DNA of 64,000 nucleotides from Acidobacteriota bacterium (lineage in GTDB: Bacteria > Acidobacteriota > Thermoanaerobaculia > UBA5066), in NCBI GenBank assembly GCA_029781975.1, contig JAKOVQ010000017.1:130074-194073 (forward strand). Reading direction: 5' to 3'. Each line of letters begins with the position of its first letter. Position 1 is the stretch's first letter. The translations under genes and the position numbers were made by a program. The notes under the pieces are model-generated. The model saw nothing but the letters and a program-made list of their open reading frames with translations, was not told the origin of the DNA and ran no database searches. This document shows positions 20,208-29,532 of the stretch, one piece after another.

Positions 20208-20594
20208 CTAGGGATCGTCCTTCGGCGCGTCAACCGGGACGGCCCGCCTCTCCTCCGCCGACGCCTCGTCGAAGGTCCGGTAGGCGCCGAGGCGGCCCGA
20301 GGTGACCGCCTGGCGGAGGAACGGGTTCTGGTCGGCCACTCCCGAGAGGGACAGCGCTCCTCCGGAGCGCGAGAAGGCGCCGGCCTCGCGGAGGAGGAGG
20401 GGGACGACGGTCGTCGGGAGCCAGCTGCAGTCGGCGAGGTCGACGATGCAGCGCAGGGCCCCGTTCTCGCGCGCGACGCGGAGGTAGTCGGAGAGCGCCG
20501 CGGTCTCGGCCATCGAGACCGGCCCCTTCACGCGGATGGCCGCGAGCGCGCCGTCGGTCTCGAGGGAGAGCTCCATGCGGGCCGAGGATGCCAC
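20208..20594 (-). CDS. STAS domain protein (anti-sigma-factor antagonist-like)
   Basis: 128 aa; SpoIIAA-like fold (ALAAIRVKGPVSMAETAALSDYL...CIVDLADCSWLPTTVVPLLL) with Thr at the usual phosphosite. Confidence 0.6.
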   Translation of the reverse strand: MASSARMELSLETDGALAAIRVKGPVSMAETAALSDYLRVARENGALRCIVDLADCSWLPTTVVPLLLREAGAFSRSGGALSLSGVADQNPFLRQAVTSGRLGAYRTFDEASAEERRAVPVDAPKDDP

Positions 20595-20604
20595 AACCGC
20601 GCGC

Positions 20605-22719
20605 TCATCCGTCGGAGGCGGTCCGCCGCAGGAAGAGAGGCTCGGCGAACGGCCCCTCGCGTCCGGAGTCGACGAGGCCGGCGGCGACGTCGCGGGCCAC
20701 GCGGAGCCAGCCGACGTCCAGGACGACGTTCGCCACGCGGAGGAACGGGACGCCGCTCTGCCGAGTCCCGAGGAAGTCGCCGGGCCCGCGTCGCTTCAGG
20801 TCCTCCTCCGCCACGACGAAGCCGTCGTCCGTCCTGACGAGGACGTCGAGCCGGTCGAGCGCCTCCGCGGTGGCCGCCTCGCCCGCCAGGAAGACGCAGC
20901 GCGACGGCCGGCTCCCCCTCCCGACACGGCCGCGCAGCTGGTGGAGCTGCGCGAGGCCGAAGCGCTCGGCGTTCTCGACGACGAGGAACGAGGCGTTCGG
21001 GACGTCGACCCCCACCTCGATCACCGTGGTCGCCACGAGGACGTCGACGGAGCCCCCGGCGAAGGCCGACATCGCCGCCTCCCTCTCCTCGCCCGAGAGC
21101 CTCCCGTGGACGACGGCGACCCGCCTGCCGGGAAGGGCCCTCCGGAGGTCCTCCGCGTGGCGCTCGGCGGCGCGGGCCTCCACGCTCTCCGACTCCTCGA
21201 CGAGGGGGACGACGACGTAGGCCTGCCCTCCGCGGGCGACCTCGGCGTCGACCTCGGCGAGGACCTCGCGCCGCGCGGCCTCGGGGAGGACCCGGGTGGC
21301 GACCGGGCTCCGTCCCGGGGGGCGCTCGTCGAGCGTGGAGACGTCCATGTCCCCGTAGAGCGCGAGGGCGAGCGACCGCGGGATCGGGGTCGCAGACATG
21401 ACGAGGACGTGCGGCCGCTCCCCGCCGGGCCCCTCGCGGGTCCCGAGGACGGCGCGCTGCGCGACGCCGAAGCGGTGCTGCTCGTCGACGACGACGAGCC
21501 CCAGCCGGCGGAAGGCGCCCGGGTCGGTGAGGAGCGCGTGCGTCCCGACGACGATCTGCACCTCCCCGGCGGCGAGGGCCGCGAGGAGGGCCCGCCGGGG
21601 CCGGCCCCGGACGCGCGCCGTCAGGAGGGCCGGCGTGAACTCGGTCCCGCGCAGGAGACGGAAGACGGAGGCGGCGTGCTGCTCGGCGAGGACCTCCGTC
21701 GGCGCCAGGAAGGCCGTCTGCCACCCGCACGAGGCCGAGAGGAGCGCCGTGAGGACGGCGACGATCGTCTTCCCGGTCCCCACGTCGCCGTGCAGGAAGC
21801 GGGACATCGGCCGGCCGGAACGGAGGTCCGCGCCGATCTGGCGGATCGCCCGTCTCTGCGCCGGCGTCAGGGCGAACGGGAGGAGCGACGCGAGGCGGCG
21901 GCGGATCTCCGGCGTCGCCGCCAGGAGGGGGCCGGGGACGTGGCGCCGCTGCCGGCGCCTGAGGAGGAGGCCGACCTGCAGCTCGAGGAGCTCCTCGAGG
22001 ACGAGCCGCGACAGGTGCGGGGAGCGCCTCTCGACGAACGCCTCCGGGTCGGGGTCCCCGCCGGCGCTCCCCGGGAAGTGGGCCTCGCGGAGCGAGTCCG
22101 CGAGGGTCGGGAGGCCGTGAGCGGCCCGGAGCGCGGCGGGGAGCCGCTCGGGGAGCTCCCGGTCCGCCGCATCGAGGAGCCCGGCGACGAGGCGTCGCCT
22201 CAGGCGCGGCTGGAGCCCCCGGAGCTTCCGGTAGATCGGGACGACGCGCCCGACGGAGAGGGAGGAGTCGGGGTCGTCGACGTCCGCCTCCACCGCCGGG
22301 TTCTCGAGGACGACGCCGCGGCGCCCGCGGCCGGTCTCCCCCGGCGCTCCGAAGACGAAGAGGCGCGTCCCCGGCGTCATCCAGCGGGCGAGCCACGGCT
22401 GGTTGAAGAAGACGAGACGCGCGCTCGCCGTCCCGTCGTCGAGGACCGCCTCGAAGATCGTGAATCCCGGGCGACGCGTCCTCACGAGCCGCGCCGAGAG
22501 GACCGTCCCTCCGACCGTCGCGGCCGGCGACCCCGGGGCGAGGTCGGCGATCCGCGCCAGCCGGCTCCGGTCCTCGTAGCGGAACGGGAGGTGGAGGAGG
22601 AGGTCGAGCGGCGTCTCGACGCCGGACGAGGCGAGGTCGCGCGCGCGGGCCGGGCCGATCCCCTTCAGGGCGTCGAGGGGGCCGCGGAGGAGGCCCGGGG
22701 GGGCGGCCTCGCTCGTCAC
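20605..22719 (-). CDS. recG: ATP-dependent DNA helicase RecG
   Basis: 704 aa; wedge domain, Walker A GDVGTGKT, DEQHRFG, helicase C motifs, TRG region. Confidence 0.9.
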   Translation of the reverse strand: MTSEAAPPGLLRGPLDALKGIGPARARDLASSGVETPLDLLLHLPFRYEDRSRLARIADLAPGSPAATVGGTVLSARLVRTRRPGFTIFEAVLDDGTASARLVFFNQPWLARWMTPGTRLFVFGAPGETGRGRRGVVLENPAVEADVDDPDSSLSVGRVVPIYRKLRGLQPRLRRRLVAGLLDAADRELPERLPAALRAAHGLPTLADSLREAHFPGSAGGDPDPEAFVERRSPHLSRLVLEELLELQVGLLLRRRQRRHVPGPLLAATPEIRRRLASLLPFALTPAQRRAIRQIGADLRSGRPMSRFLHGDVGTGKTIVAVLTALLSASCGWQTAFLAPTEVLAEQHAASVFRLLRGTEFTPALLTARVRGRPRRALLAALAAGEVQIVVGTHALLTDPGAFRRLGLVVVDEQHRFGVAQRAVLGTREGPGGERPHVLVMSATPIPRSLALALYGDMDVSTLDERPPGRSPVATRVLPEAARREVLAEVDAEVARGGQAYVVVPLVEESESVEARAAERHAEDLRRALPGRRVAVVHGRLSGEEREAAMSAFAGGSVDVLVATTVIEVGVDVPNASFLVVENAERFGLAQLHQLRGRVGRGSRPSRCVFLAGEAATAEALDRLDVLVRTDDGFVVAEEDLKRRGPGDFLGTRQSGVPFLRVANVVLDVGWLRVARDVAAGLVDSGREGPFAEPLFLRRTASDG

Positions 22720-22741
22720 GCGGGGCGGCGGCGCGAGCCGG

Positions 22742-23527
22742 TCAACCCTGGGTGATCCGGAACGTCAGGTCGACGAGGCCGAAGCGGAGCCGGTCGCCGT
22801 CCTTGATCTTCGTCGGGACGCCGGTGGCGATCCTCCGGCCGTTCACGAACGTCCCGTTCATCGTCCCGATCTCCTCGACCACCGAGAACTCGCCGTCGCC
22901 GTGGACGACCTTCGCGTGGCGGCGCGAGACCGACCGCTGCGTGTCGAGGGTGGTCAGGTCGACGTCCGGGCGGATCCCCGTCACCGGGTCGATCCGGCCG
23001 ACGGTCGTCTCCTCGTCGCGGTTCAGGTAGAACTCCTCGTTCGAGCCGTCGGCGAGGAGGCGGTAGATCTCGTGCCGCTCCCCCACCCGGACGAAGAAGT
23101 CGGACGACTCGTCGAGCGGGCGGGCGATCCCGGTCGACTGCTCGAGGAGGGCGGTCGTCTCGCGGAGCCGCCGCGAGAGCTTCCGGAGCATCCGGACGGC
23201 GATCTCGCCGTTGTTCCGGAGCATCTCGTCGAAGGTCCCCTGGTCGATCCTCACGAGCTCGACGTCGGTCTTGGCGCGGGCGTCGGCCGTCCTCGGGACC
23301 GACTCGAGGAGCGACATCTCCCCGAAGAAGTCCCCCTTCTCGAAGGTCGCCAGGACCTTCTCCTTCCGCTCCTTCACGCGCTTGACGATCTCCACGGTCC
23401 CCGACTGGATGACGAACATCTCCTCGCCCGTCTCCCCCTCGGAGAAGATCCGGCCGCCCGCGGCCACCCGGACGATGTAGTCCTCGAAGCTGGGCGCGCC
23501 GGACCCCGACTTCAGAACGACTTTCAC
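22742..23527 (-). CDS. Cyclic-nucleotide-binding domain / FHA domain fusion protein
   Basis: N-terminal cNMP-binding beta-barrel (IFSEGETGEEMFVIQSGTVEIV..FFGEMSLLE..RTADARAKTDVELVRID), C-terminal FHA (TVGR...SRRHAKVV...NGTFVNG); GTG start (VKVVLKS) overlaps ldcA stop as GTGA. Confidence 0.75.
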   Translation of the reverse strand: MKVVLKSGSGAPSFEDYIVRVAAGGRIFSEGETGEEMFVIQSGTVEIVKRVKERKEKVLATFEKGDFFGEMSLLESVPRTADARAKTDVELVRIDQGTFDEMLRNNGEIAVRMLRKLSRRLRETTALLEQSTGIARPLDESSDFFVRVGERHEIYRLLADGSNEEFYLNRDEETTVGRIDPVTGIRPDVDLTTLDTQRSVSRRHAKVVHGDGEFSVVEEIGTMNGTFVNGRRIATGVPTKIKDGDRLRFGLVDLTFRITQG

Positions 23528-24456
23528 CAGACGGCGTCCTCCTCGAAGAGCAGCGTGCGCGCCGTTCCGTCCCACGTGGCCGTCGCGCCGATCGGGAGCG
23601 CGACGTTCGGCAGCGTATGCCCGAACGGGAGCCCGAGCGCGACGGGGACCCCGAGGGGGGCGAAGCGGGCGGCCAGGAGCGCACGGAGACGCTCCGGGTC
23701 CTCGGCGCCGCCGAACGTGATCCGGTCCATCGAGCCGACCAAGATGCCCGCGAGTTTATCGAATCGGCCCGCCCGTGCGAGCGTCCCCAGCATCCGGTCG
23801 ACGCGGTAGGCCTCCTCCGCCACCTCCTCGAGGAGGAGGATCGCGCCCCGGTAGTCGAACTCCTCGGGCGCCCCGACGAGGGCCGACAGGAGCGAGAGGC
23901 ACCCCCCGACCAGCCTCCCGCGCGCCGCGCCGGGGACGACGACGTCGGCCCCGGGGACCTCGAGGACGCGCGGCGCGGTCCCCTCGAGGGCGGCCGGGAA
24001 GTAGCGCGCCGTCAGCGGGTCGAGCTCCCCCGCGAGCTCGGCGGCCACCATCGGCCCGTGGACCGAGGCGAGCCCGCACCGCGTCAGGAGGAAGGCGTGG
24101 AGCGCGGTCGCGTCCGAGAAGCCGCAGTGGATGACCGGACGGGCGGCCACGAGGGCGGGGTCGAGGCGCGGGAGGAGCCGCCCGATCCCGTACCCTCCCC
24201 GCGCGAGGACGATCGCCGTGACCTCCTCGTCCCGGAGGAGCTCCTCGTAGCCTGCCAGGCGCTCCTCGTCGCTCCCCGCGAGCCCCAGGAGGGGCTCGCG
24301 CGCCGTCGCGTTCCGGGCGACGCGGACCCGGTAGCCGAGCCCCTCCAGGCGCGCCACGCCCGCGGCGAGCGCCTCGGGCCGGACCGGCCCCGAGAGCGCC
24401 GCGACGCCGACCGTCCCCCCCGGCGCGAGGCGCGGAGGGCGGAGGGGACCGCTCAC
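23524..24456 (-). CDS. ldcA: LD-carboxypeptidase (peptidase S66, murein tetrapeptide carboxypeptidase)
   Basis: PGGTVGVAALSGP, catalytic GFSDATALH serine, C-terminal His/Glu region; GTG start overlapping NYN-gene stop (GTGA). Confidence 0.8.
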   Translation of the reverse strand: MSGPLRPPRLAPGGTVGVAALSGPVRPEALAAGVARLEGLGYRVRVARNATAREPLLGLAGSDEERLAGYEELLRDEEVTAIVLARGGYGIGRLLPRLDPALVAARPVIHCGFSDATALHAFLLTRCGLASVHGPMVAAELAGELDPLTARYFPAALEGTAPRVLEVPGADVVVPGAARGRLVGGCLSLLSALVGAPEEFDYRGAILLLEEVAEEAYRVDRMLGTLARAGRFDKLAGILVGSMDRITFGGAEDPERLRALLAARFAPLGVPVALGLPFGHTLPNVALPIGATATWDGTARTLLFEEDAVW

Positions 24457-24920
24457 TTCAGGCGGTTCCTCGGGTCCGAGAACCAGCGCTCCCACTCGGA
24501 CGGGTTCCCGGCCGCGAGGCGCTCCTTCTCCCGCTGCTCCGGGGGGGGAGCGGCGGCGCGCGCCATCCGCGACGTGGCGTCCCGCGCGAAGTGCTCCACC
24601 CCTTCGGTCCTGGCTCCCGCCGCGGAGGCGGACGCGGCCAGGACGCGGTCGTCGGTCACGACGGTCACGGCTCGCGGGTCCCGCGCCTCCCGCAGCCGGC
24701 GGACGATCTCCTCGTCCGCGCTGCGGGGCGCCGCGTAGACGACGGTCAGCGGGCCGAGCTCCTGCACCTTCGGCCGCCCGTGCTCGGGGGGGCCGTCGAA
24801 GACGACCGTCAGGCGACGCTTCTTCCGCCGCGCGAGCTCCGCCAGCTCCGTCACGAGCCGCTCGCGCGTCCCTCCGCCGAGCCGCCCGATCACGTTGTTC
24901 CCGTCGACGAGGTCGGCCAC
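24453..24920 (-). CDS. NYN-domain ribonuclease, YacP/Rae1-like
   Basis: 155 aa; MADLVDGNNVIG...LTVVFDG matches the YacP-like NYN/PIN N-terminus. Confidence 0.75.
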   Translation of the reverse strand: MADLVDGNNVIGRLGGGTRERLVTELAELARRKKRRLTVVFDGPPEHGRPKVQELGPLTVVYAAPRSADEEIVRRLREARDPRAVTVVTDDRVLAASASAAGARTEGVEHFARDATSRMARAAAPPPEQREKERLAAGNPSEWERWFSDPRNRLK

Positions 24921-25002
24921 CGGGGACCCTCCGGGGGACCGTGCCGGTCCCCCCCCGGGGCGAAGGATACCGGCGAACGCGCCGGAGCCTCCGGGGGAGA
25001 GA

Positions 25003-25418
25003 AAGCGACCCGGGCCGGACGGTAAGCCGGATTCCGTGACCGGTCGGCTCGCGCCTTCCGGCCGGCGATCATTCCTCTGGGCCGAGGCCTTCCGGCCCGG
25101 CTCGAGCGGTCTACCCGGAGACGTCGCCTCGCGGCGCGGGAGCGGGCGTCCCTTCCGTCCCCCTATTCGACCTTGCTCCGCGTGGGGTTTGGCCTGCCGA
25201 CCCCGTCGCCGGGGTTCGCGGTGCGCTCTTACCGCACCTTTTCACCCTTACCCCGGGCCCCGTGAAGGGACCGGGGCGGTCTGTTTTCTGTGCCACTTTC
25301 CTTCGGGTCACCCCGACCGGGATTTCCCCGGCACGCTGCCCGCCGGAGTCCGGACTTTCCTCCCCTCCCGTCGCCTGCGCGCGGGAGGAGCGATCGCCTG
25401 TCCGGCCCGGGTCGCCCC
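25003..25418 (-). ncRNA. rnpB: RNase P RNA, bacterial type A
   Basis: Minus-strand transcript contains GGGAGGGGAGGAAAGUCCGGACUCC (P4 5' strand), ACAGAAAACAGACCGCC, GGUAAGGGUGAAAAGGUGCGGUAAGAGCGCACC (P10/11/12 region), GGAGCAAGGUCGAAUAGGGG, and ACGGAAUCCGGCUUAC (P4 3' strand); P1 helix GCGACCCGGGCCGGAC (25399-25414) pairs with GUCCGGCCCGGGUCGC (25005-25020). No credible CDS in this 560-bp gap. Confidence 0.85.
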
Positions 25419-25476
25419 GAGGATACCGCGAGTCGCCCGGGAGCGCCCGGCTCGAGGCGCACCCCGTGGGGGGCGG

Positions 25477-26091
25477 TCAGGCGGGGGGGGAGGCGGAGCG
25501 GCGGGGGGGGCGGCGGCGGCGGTCGAAGAGGTCGATCGACCGGGCCGCCTTCGGGACCGCGAAGAGGAAGAGGAGCGCGATGGCCGCGACCACCACGAGG
25601 GCGACGACGGGGAGGAAGAGGGAGACGACCGCCTGCAGGAACGCGACGACGTCTTCCGCGAGCGAGAGGGCGACGTTGGCGATCCCTGCGGTCACGGCGG
25701 TGGACGTCAGCCGCGTCGCCCCCTTGAGGAGGTGCGAGACGAGCGCCACCAGCCCTCCCCCCCCTCCCGCCACGACGGCGAGGGTGGTCCCCCCGTGGGG
25801 CTGGACCGCGCCGATCGCGAGGACGGCGCCGGCGATCGGCCTCACCACGGTGTGGAGGACGTCCCAGACGTGGTAGAGGACGGGCACCTTGTCGGCGACG
25901 AACTCGAGGAGGAACAGGACGGCGAGCGCCGTCAGGGCCGGCGTCGAGCCGAGGAGCCTTCCGATCGCCCCCGGGTACTCCTCGGGGAAGAAGCGCGCCG
26001 CGGCGCCGTAGACGATGAGGACGGCATAGGCGTTCAGCCCGGCGCCGGCCGCGAGTCCCAGGCCGGTCCCGAAGGAGCTGGCGGTGTCCAT
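25477..26091 (-). CDS. DUF4126 family membrane protein
   Basis: Internal ATG MDTASSFGTGLGLAAGAGLNAYAVLIVYG...; four predicted TM helices with a Gly-rich motif typical of DUF4126. Confidence 0.7.
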   Translation of the reverse strand: MDTASSFGTGLGLAAGAGLNAYAVLIVYGAAARFFPEEYPGAIGRLLGSTPALTALAVLFLLEFVADKVPVLYHVWDVLHTVVRPIAGAVLAIGAVQPHGGTTLAVVAGGGGGLVALVSHLLKGATRLTSTAVTAGIANVALSLAEDVVAFLQAVVSLFLPVVALVVVAAIALLFLFAVPKAARSIDLFDRRRRPPRRSASPPA

Positions 26092-26149
26092 CGACCCGAT
26101 GACGATACCGCGTCCGCCGCGTCCGCGGGACGGGACGCCCCTCCCGCCC

Positions 26150-27652
26150 TCACTTGGGCTTGGTCGCCTTGATCTCCGAGAGGGCGGCCGTGGCACGGCG
26201 GTGGGTCGGGTCGAGCTTCAGGACCTCCTTCAGCGCCTTCACCCGCTCCACCTCGTTCCTCTCGTGCTGGTAGGCCTCGGCCAGGTGCCACCAGAGGTCC
26301 GCGACCTCGGGCATCCGGCCCGTGGCGCGCCTCAGGGTCTCGGTCGCCTGGCGGACCCACTTCGGGTTCTTCCGCTGGACCTTGGCGAGGAGGATCCAGT
26401 AGTCCGGCTTGTCCGGGTCGAACTCCACGGCCTGGCGAAGCATCTCGTAGGCCGGGTAGTAGTCCTCCATCTCCATGAGCGTCCGCGCCCGCTGGTAGTT
26501 CGCCTTCGCCACCTGCGCCTGGACGTCCGCGGAGGGCCTTCCGAACTGGACGGTGGAGCTCATCGCCCCGGAGGCGAGGGAGCGGTCGTAGTCCATCCTC
26601 GACGACGGAGTCCGAAAGGCCGTGTCGGCCACGACCACCTTGGCGAAGAGGGCCTCCAGGGCCTCGCGGGCCTCGGCCAGCGGCGACCGGAACTGGTTGT
26701 CCGGGTGGAAGAGCCGGGCCCGGTCGTGGACCGCGCGGCGGACGTCGGGATCGGGGGCGTCCTGCGGCACGCCGAGGACGTCGTACAGGGAGATCCAGTC
26801 GAGCCGGCGGTACGTGTTCCAGATCGTCTTCCCCTGCAGCTCGAGGAGCTCCGCCGCCCGGGGGCTCGGGGCGCCGCCGGAGAGCTCGACGTTCAGGAAG
26901 GCCGTCCCGTCCTGTCCGTCGGAGCGGACCACCGGGCGCCCCGCGGGGAACAGTCGGACGAGGCCGATCGCCTGGAGCCTCTCGAGGGCCCAGAGGTCGA
27001 GGGCGACGTCGGCCGCCGCCTTCACGCCGTCCACGGCGTCGAGGACCTCCGCCTCCTCGGGCGTGACCGTGACGAGCTGGTAGCGGAGGAGGAGGTCGTC
27101 GGTGAGGACCGGCCGGGCCCTCCCGTCGATCCTCGCCCCGGGCCGCGCGTCGGGCGGGAGGCGCCGGAGCCCCTCCAGGACCAGGGTGCCGTTCGGCTGG
27201 TCGAACGCCGCCGGGACGTCCGGGAGCTCCGCGAGGAGCGTGACGGTGAACGCCCCCGTTCCCCAGGAGAAGGTCGAGTAGAGGATCTTCTCCGCGAGCG
27301 CCCTCACGCAGGCGTCGGCCAGCCACGGCTCGACGGCTCCGCTCTCGTGGAGCGCGCGGGCCAGGCCGCGCCCCGGGTCCGCCAGGGCCTGCTCGAAGGC
27401 GGCGAAGAGGATCTTCTCGTCGGCGAGGCCGAACGTCCGGAGGAGCTCGCCGACCTGCTGGGCTTCCCGGTTCGAGGAGGCGGCGACGAGCCGGCCCTTC
27501 CGGAACCAGAAGGACCTCTCCTCGCCGAGGCGCGAGATCAGGACCTGCGCCGTCGCGCGCTCCACGTACAGCCGGCGGAAGATCTCCGCGGGGGGGGTCT
27601 TCTCCAGCGTGCCGCCGCTCAACGGTGCCGGGGGGGCCTTCGTCGTCGCCAT
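26150..27652 (-). CDS. DUF4388 / J-domain / TPR multidomain protein
   Basis: 500 aa; N-terminal DUF4388-like region, central DnaJ-type J domain (LYDVLGVPQDAPDPDVRRAVHDRARLFHPD with HPD motif), C-terminal TPR-like helical repeats. Confidence 0.75.
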   Translation of the reverse strand: MATTKAPPAPLSGGTLEKTPPAEIFRRLYVERATAQVLISRLGEERSFWFRKGRLVAASSNREAQQVGELLRTFGLADEKILFAAFEQALADPGRGLARALHESGAVEPWLADACVRALAEKILYSTFSWGTGAFTVTLLAELPDVPAAFDQPNGTLVLEGLRRLPPDARPGARIDGRARPVLTDDLLLRYQLVTVTPEEAEVLDAVDGVKAAADVALDLWALERLQAIGLVRLFPAGRPVVRSDGQDGTAFLNVELSGGAPSPRAAELLELQGKTIWNTYRRLDWISLYDVLGVPQDAPDPDVRRAVHDRARLFHPDNQFRSPLAEAREALEALFAKVVVADTAFRTPSSRMDYDRSLASGAMSSTVQFGRPSADVQAQVAKANYQRARTLMEMEDYYPAYEMLRQAVEFDPDKPDYWILLAKVQRKNPKWVRQATETLRRATGRMPEVADLWWHLAEAYQHERNEVERVKALKEVLKLDPTHRRATAALSEIKATKPK

Positions 27653-27664
27653 GTGGCGCTGATT

Positions 27665-29473
27665 CTATCCGGACGATGCCCGGCTTCCGCCTCGGAACCG
27701 GACGATCCGCGCCGCGACCGACTTACCGGCGACCGCGGCCAGCGCCTCCTCGGTCGCCGCGAGGACCGCCTCGGCTCCCCCGAAGGCCGAGAGGAGCCGC
27801 CGGACCCGCGAGGGCCCGAGGCCGGGGACGGCGAGCAGGGGGCTCTCGAGCGCCTTCCTCCCGCGCGCCCGGCGGTGGTGCTTCAGCCCGAAACGGTGGG
27901 CCTCGTCGCGCGCCCGCTGCAGGAGGCGGAGCCCGGGGTTCCTCCGCGGCAGGACGATCGGGAACGACCGTCCCGGGACGAAGACCTCCTCCTCGCGCTT
28001 GGCGAGGCCCGCGGCCGGGAGCTCGAGCCCGAGGCGGTCCAGGGCGGCCACGGCGGCGGACAGCTGCCCCTTCCCCCCGTCGATCAGGACGAGGTCCGGG
28101 AGCGGCGCCTTCTCGGTGAGGAGGCGCCCGTAACGCCGGGTCACCGCCTCGGCGATCGAGGCGAAGTCGTCCACCCCGGGGCGGTCGATCCGGAAGGCCC
28201 GGTACTCCTCCTTCGACGGCTCCCCGTCCACGAAGACGACGCAGGAGGCGTAGGTCTCGCTCCCCTGGAAGTGCGAGATGTCGAAGCACTCGATCCGCCC
28301 CGGCCGCCGGTCGAGGTCGAGCGCCTTCGCCAGGGCGAGCGTCGCCTTCTCCCCGGCCTCCCGAGCCTTCCGGAAGCGCCGCAGGTGGTTCTGCCGGGCG
28401 TTGTCCCGTGCGATCCTCACCCGCTCGAACGCGGCGCCGCGCCGGGGGGTCCGGATCGTCACCTTCGAGCCGCGCCGCTCCGAGAGCCAGCTCTCGAGCG
28501 GCGCGAGCGCCTCGTCGGGGAGGTCGACCGGGAGGTGGACCTCCTTCGGCAGGAAGGTCGTCGCGTCGTAGTACTGCGAGAGGAGCGCCACCCAGAACTC
28601 CTCCGGGTCGACCTCCCCGATCCCCTCCCAGAAGAACTCGCGGCTGTCGAGGACCGTCCCGCCGCGGACCACGAGGACGGCGACCGCGAGGCTCCCGGCG
28701 TCGCCGAACTCCCCGAGGACGTCGACGTCCTCGCCGGCCAGGGACTGAACCGTCTGCCGCTGCGCGAGCTCCTCCACCGTCCTCAGGCAGTCCCGGTAGG
28801 CCGCGGCCATCTCGTACCGCTCCTCCGCCGCGGCGCCGTCCATCTTCCGCCTCAGGCTCCCGGCCAGCTCGTCGTTCTTCCCCGAGAGGAAGAGGACCAC
28901 GTCGCGCACCGCGTCGTCGTAGGCCTCCTTTGTCGTGAGCCCCGAGACGCAGGGGGCGAGGCACGCGTGCATGTCGTAGTAGAGGCACGGGCGCGGGAGG
29001 CTCCCGTCGATCTCGATCCGGCACGTCCGCACCTGGAAGAGACGCTGGATCATCTTCATCGCGCCGCGGCACGTGCGCGCCGGGAGGTACGGGCCGAAAT
29101 ACGAGTGCCCGTCCCTCAGGACCCGCCGCGTGACGAAGGCCCGCGGCCACTCCTCCCCCGTGGTCACCTTGATGTAGGGGTAGGTCTTGTCGTCGCGGAG
29201 GAGGACGTTGTAGCGCGGCTTGTGCTTCTTGATGAAGGCGTTCTCGAGGGCGAGCGCCTCGCTCTCGGTTCCGGCCACGACGGTGTCGATCGTCGCGAAC
29301 TCGGCGAGGAGGGCCTCGGTCTTCGGGTGCTTCGGACCGGCGGAGAAGTAGGACGCGAGCCGCTTGCGGACGGAGCGCGCCTTGCCGACGTAGAGGACCT
29401 TCCCCTTCGCGTCGCGGTAGATGTAGATCCCGGGCTGGTCCGGGTAGAGGGAGAGGTCGGGGGGGGCCGGCAC
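27665..29473 (-). CDS. uvrC: Excinuclease ABC subunit C
   Basis: 602 aa; GIY-YIG (GIYIYRD...VLYVGKA), UvrBC-binding, RNase H-like endonuclease and (HhH)2 C-terminus. Confidence 0.9.
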   Translation of the reverse strand: MPAPPDLSLYPDQPGIYIYRDAKGKVLYVGKARSVRKRLASYFSAGPKHPKTEALLAEFATIDTVVAGTESEALALENAFIKKHKPRYNVLLRDDKTYPYIKVTTGEEWPRAFVTRRVLRDGHSYFGPYLPARTCRGAMKMIQRLFQVRTCRIEIDGSLPRPCLYYDMHACLAPCVSGLTTKEAYDDAVRDVVLFLSGKNDELAGSLRRKMDGAAAEERYEMAAAYRDCLRTVEELAQRQTVQSLAGEDVDVLGEFGDAGSLAVAVLVVRGGTVLDSREFFWEGIGEVDPEEFWVALLSQYYDATTFLPKEVHLPVDLPDEALAPLESWLSERRGSKVTIRTPRRGAAFERVRIARDNARQNHLRRFRKAREAGEKATLALAKALDLDRRPGRIECFDISHFQGSETYASCVVFVDGEPSKEEYRAFRIDRPGVDDFASIAEAVTRRYGRLLTEKAPLPDLVLIDGGKGQLSAAVAALDRLGLELPAAGLAKREEEVFVPGRSFPIVLPRRNPGLRLLQRARDEAHRFGLKHHRRARGRKALESPLLAVPGLGPSRVRRLLSAFGGAEAVLAATEEALAAVAGKSVAARIVRFRGGSRASSG

Positions 29474-29532
29474 GTCTCGATTCTAGGCACCGGCGCCGCC
29501 CCCCGCCCGCGGCGGGGCGGGGGGCGGGAGGG

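Noticed and set aside
24890-25876. Small ORFs in the NYN-DUF4126 gap (24890..25072, 25111..25311, 25229..25462, 25262..25876)
   Set aside because: The region is occupied by the RNase P RNA gene on the minus strand, and the ORFs have no protein-like composition.
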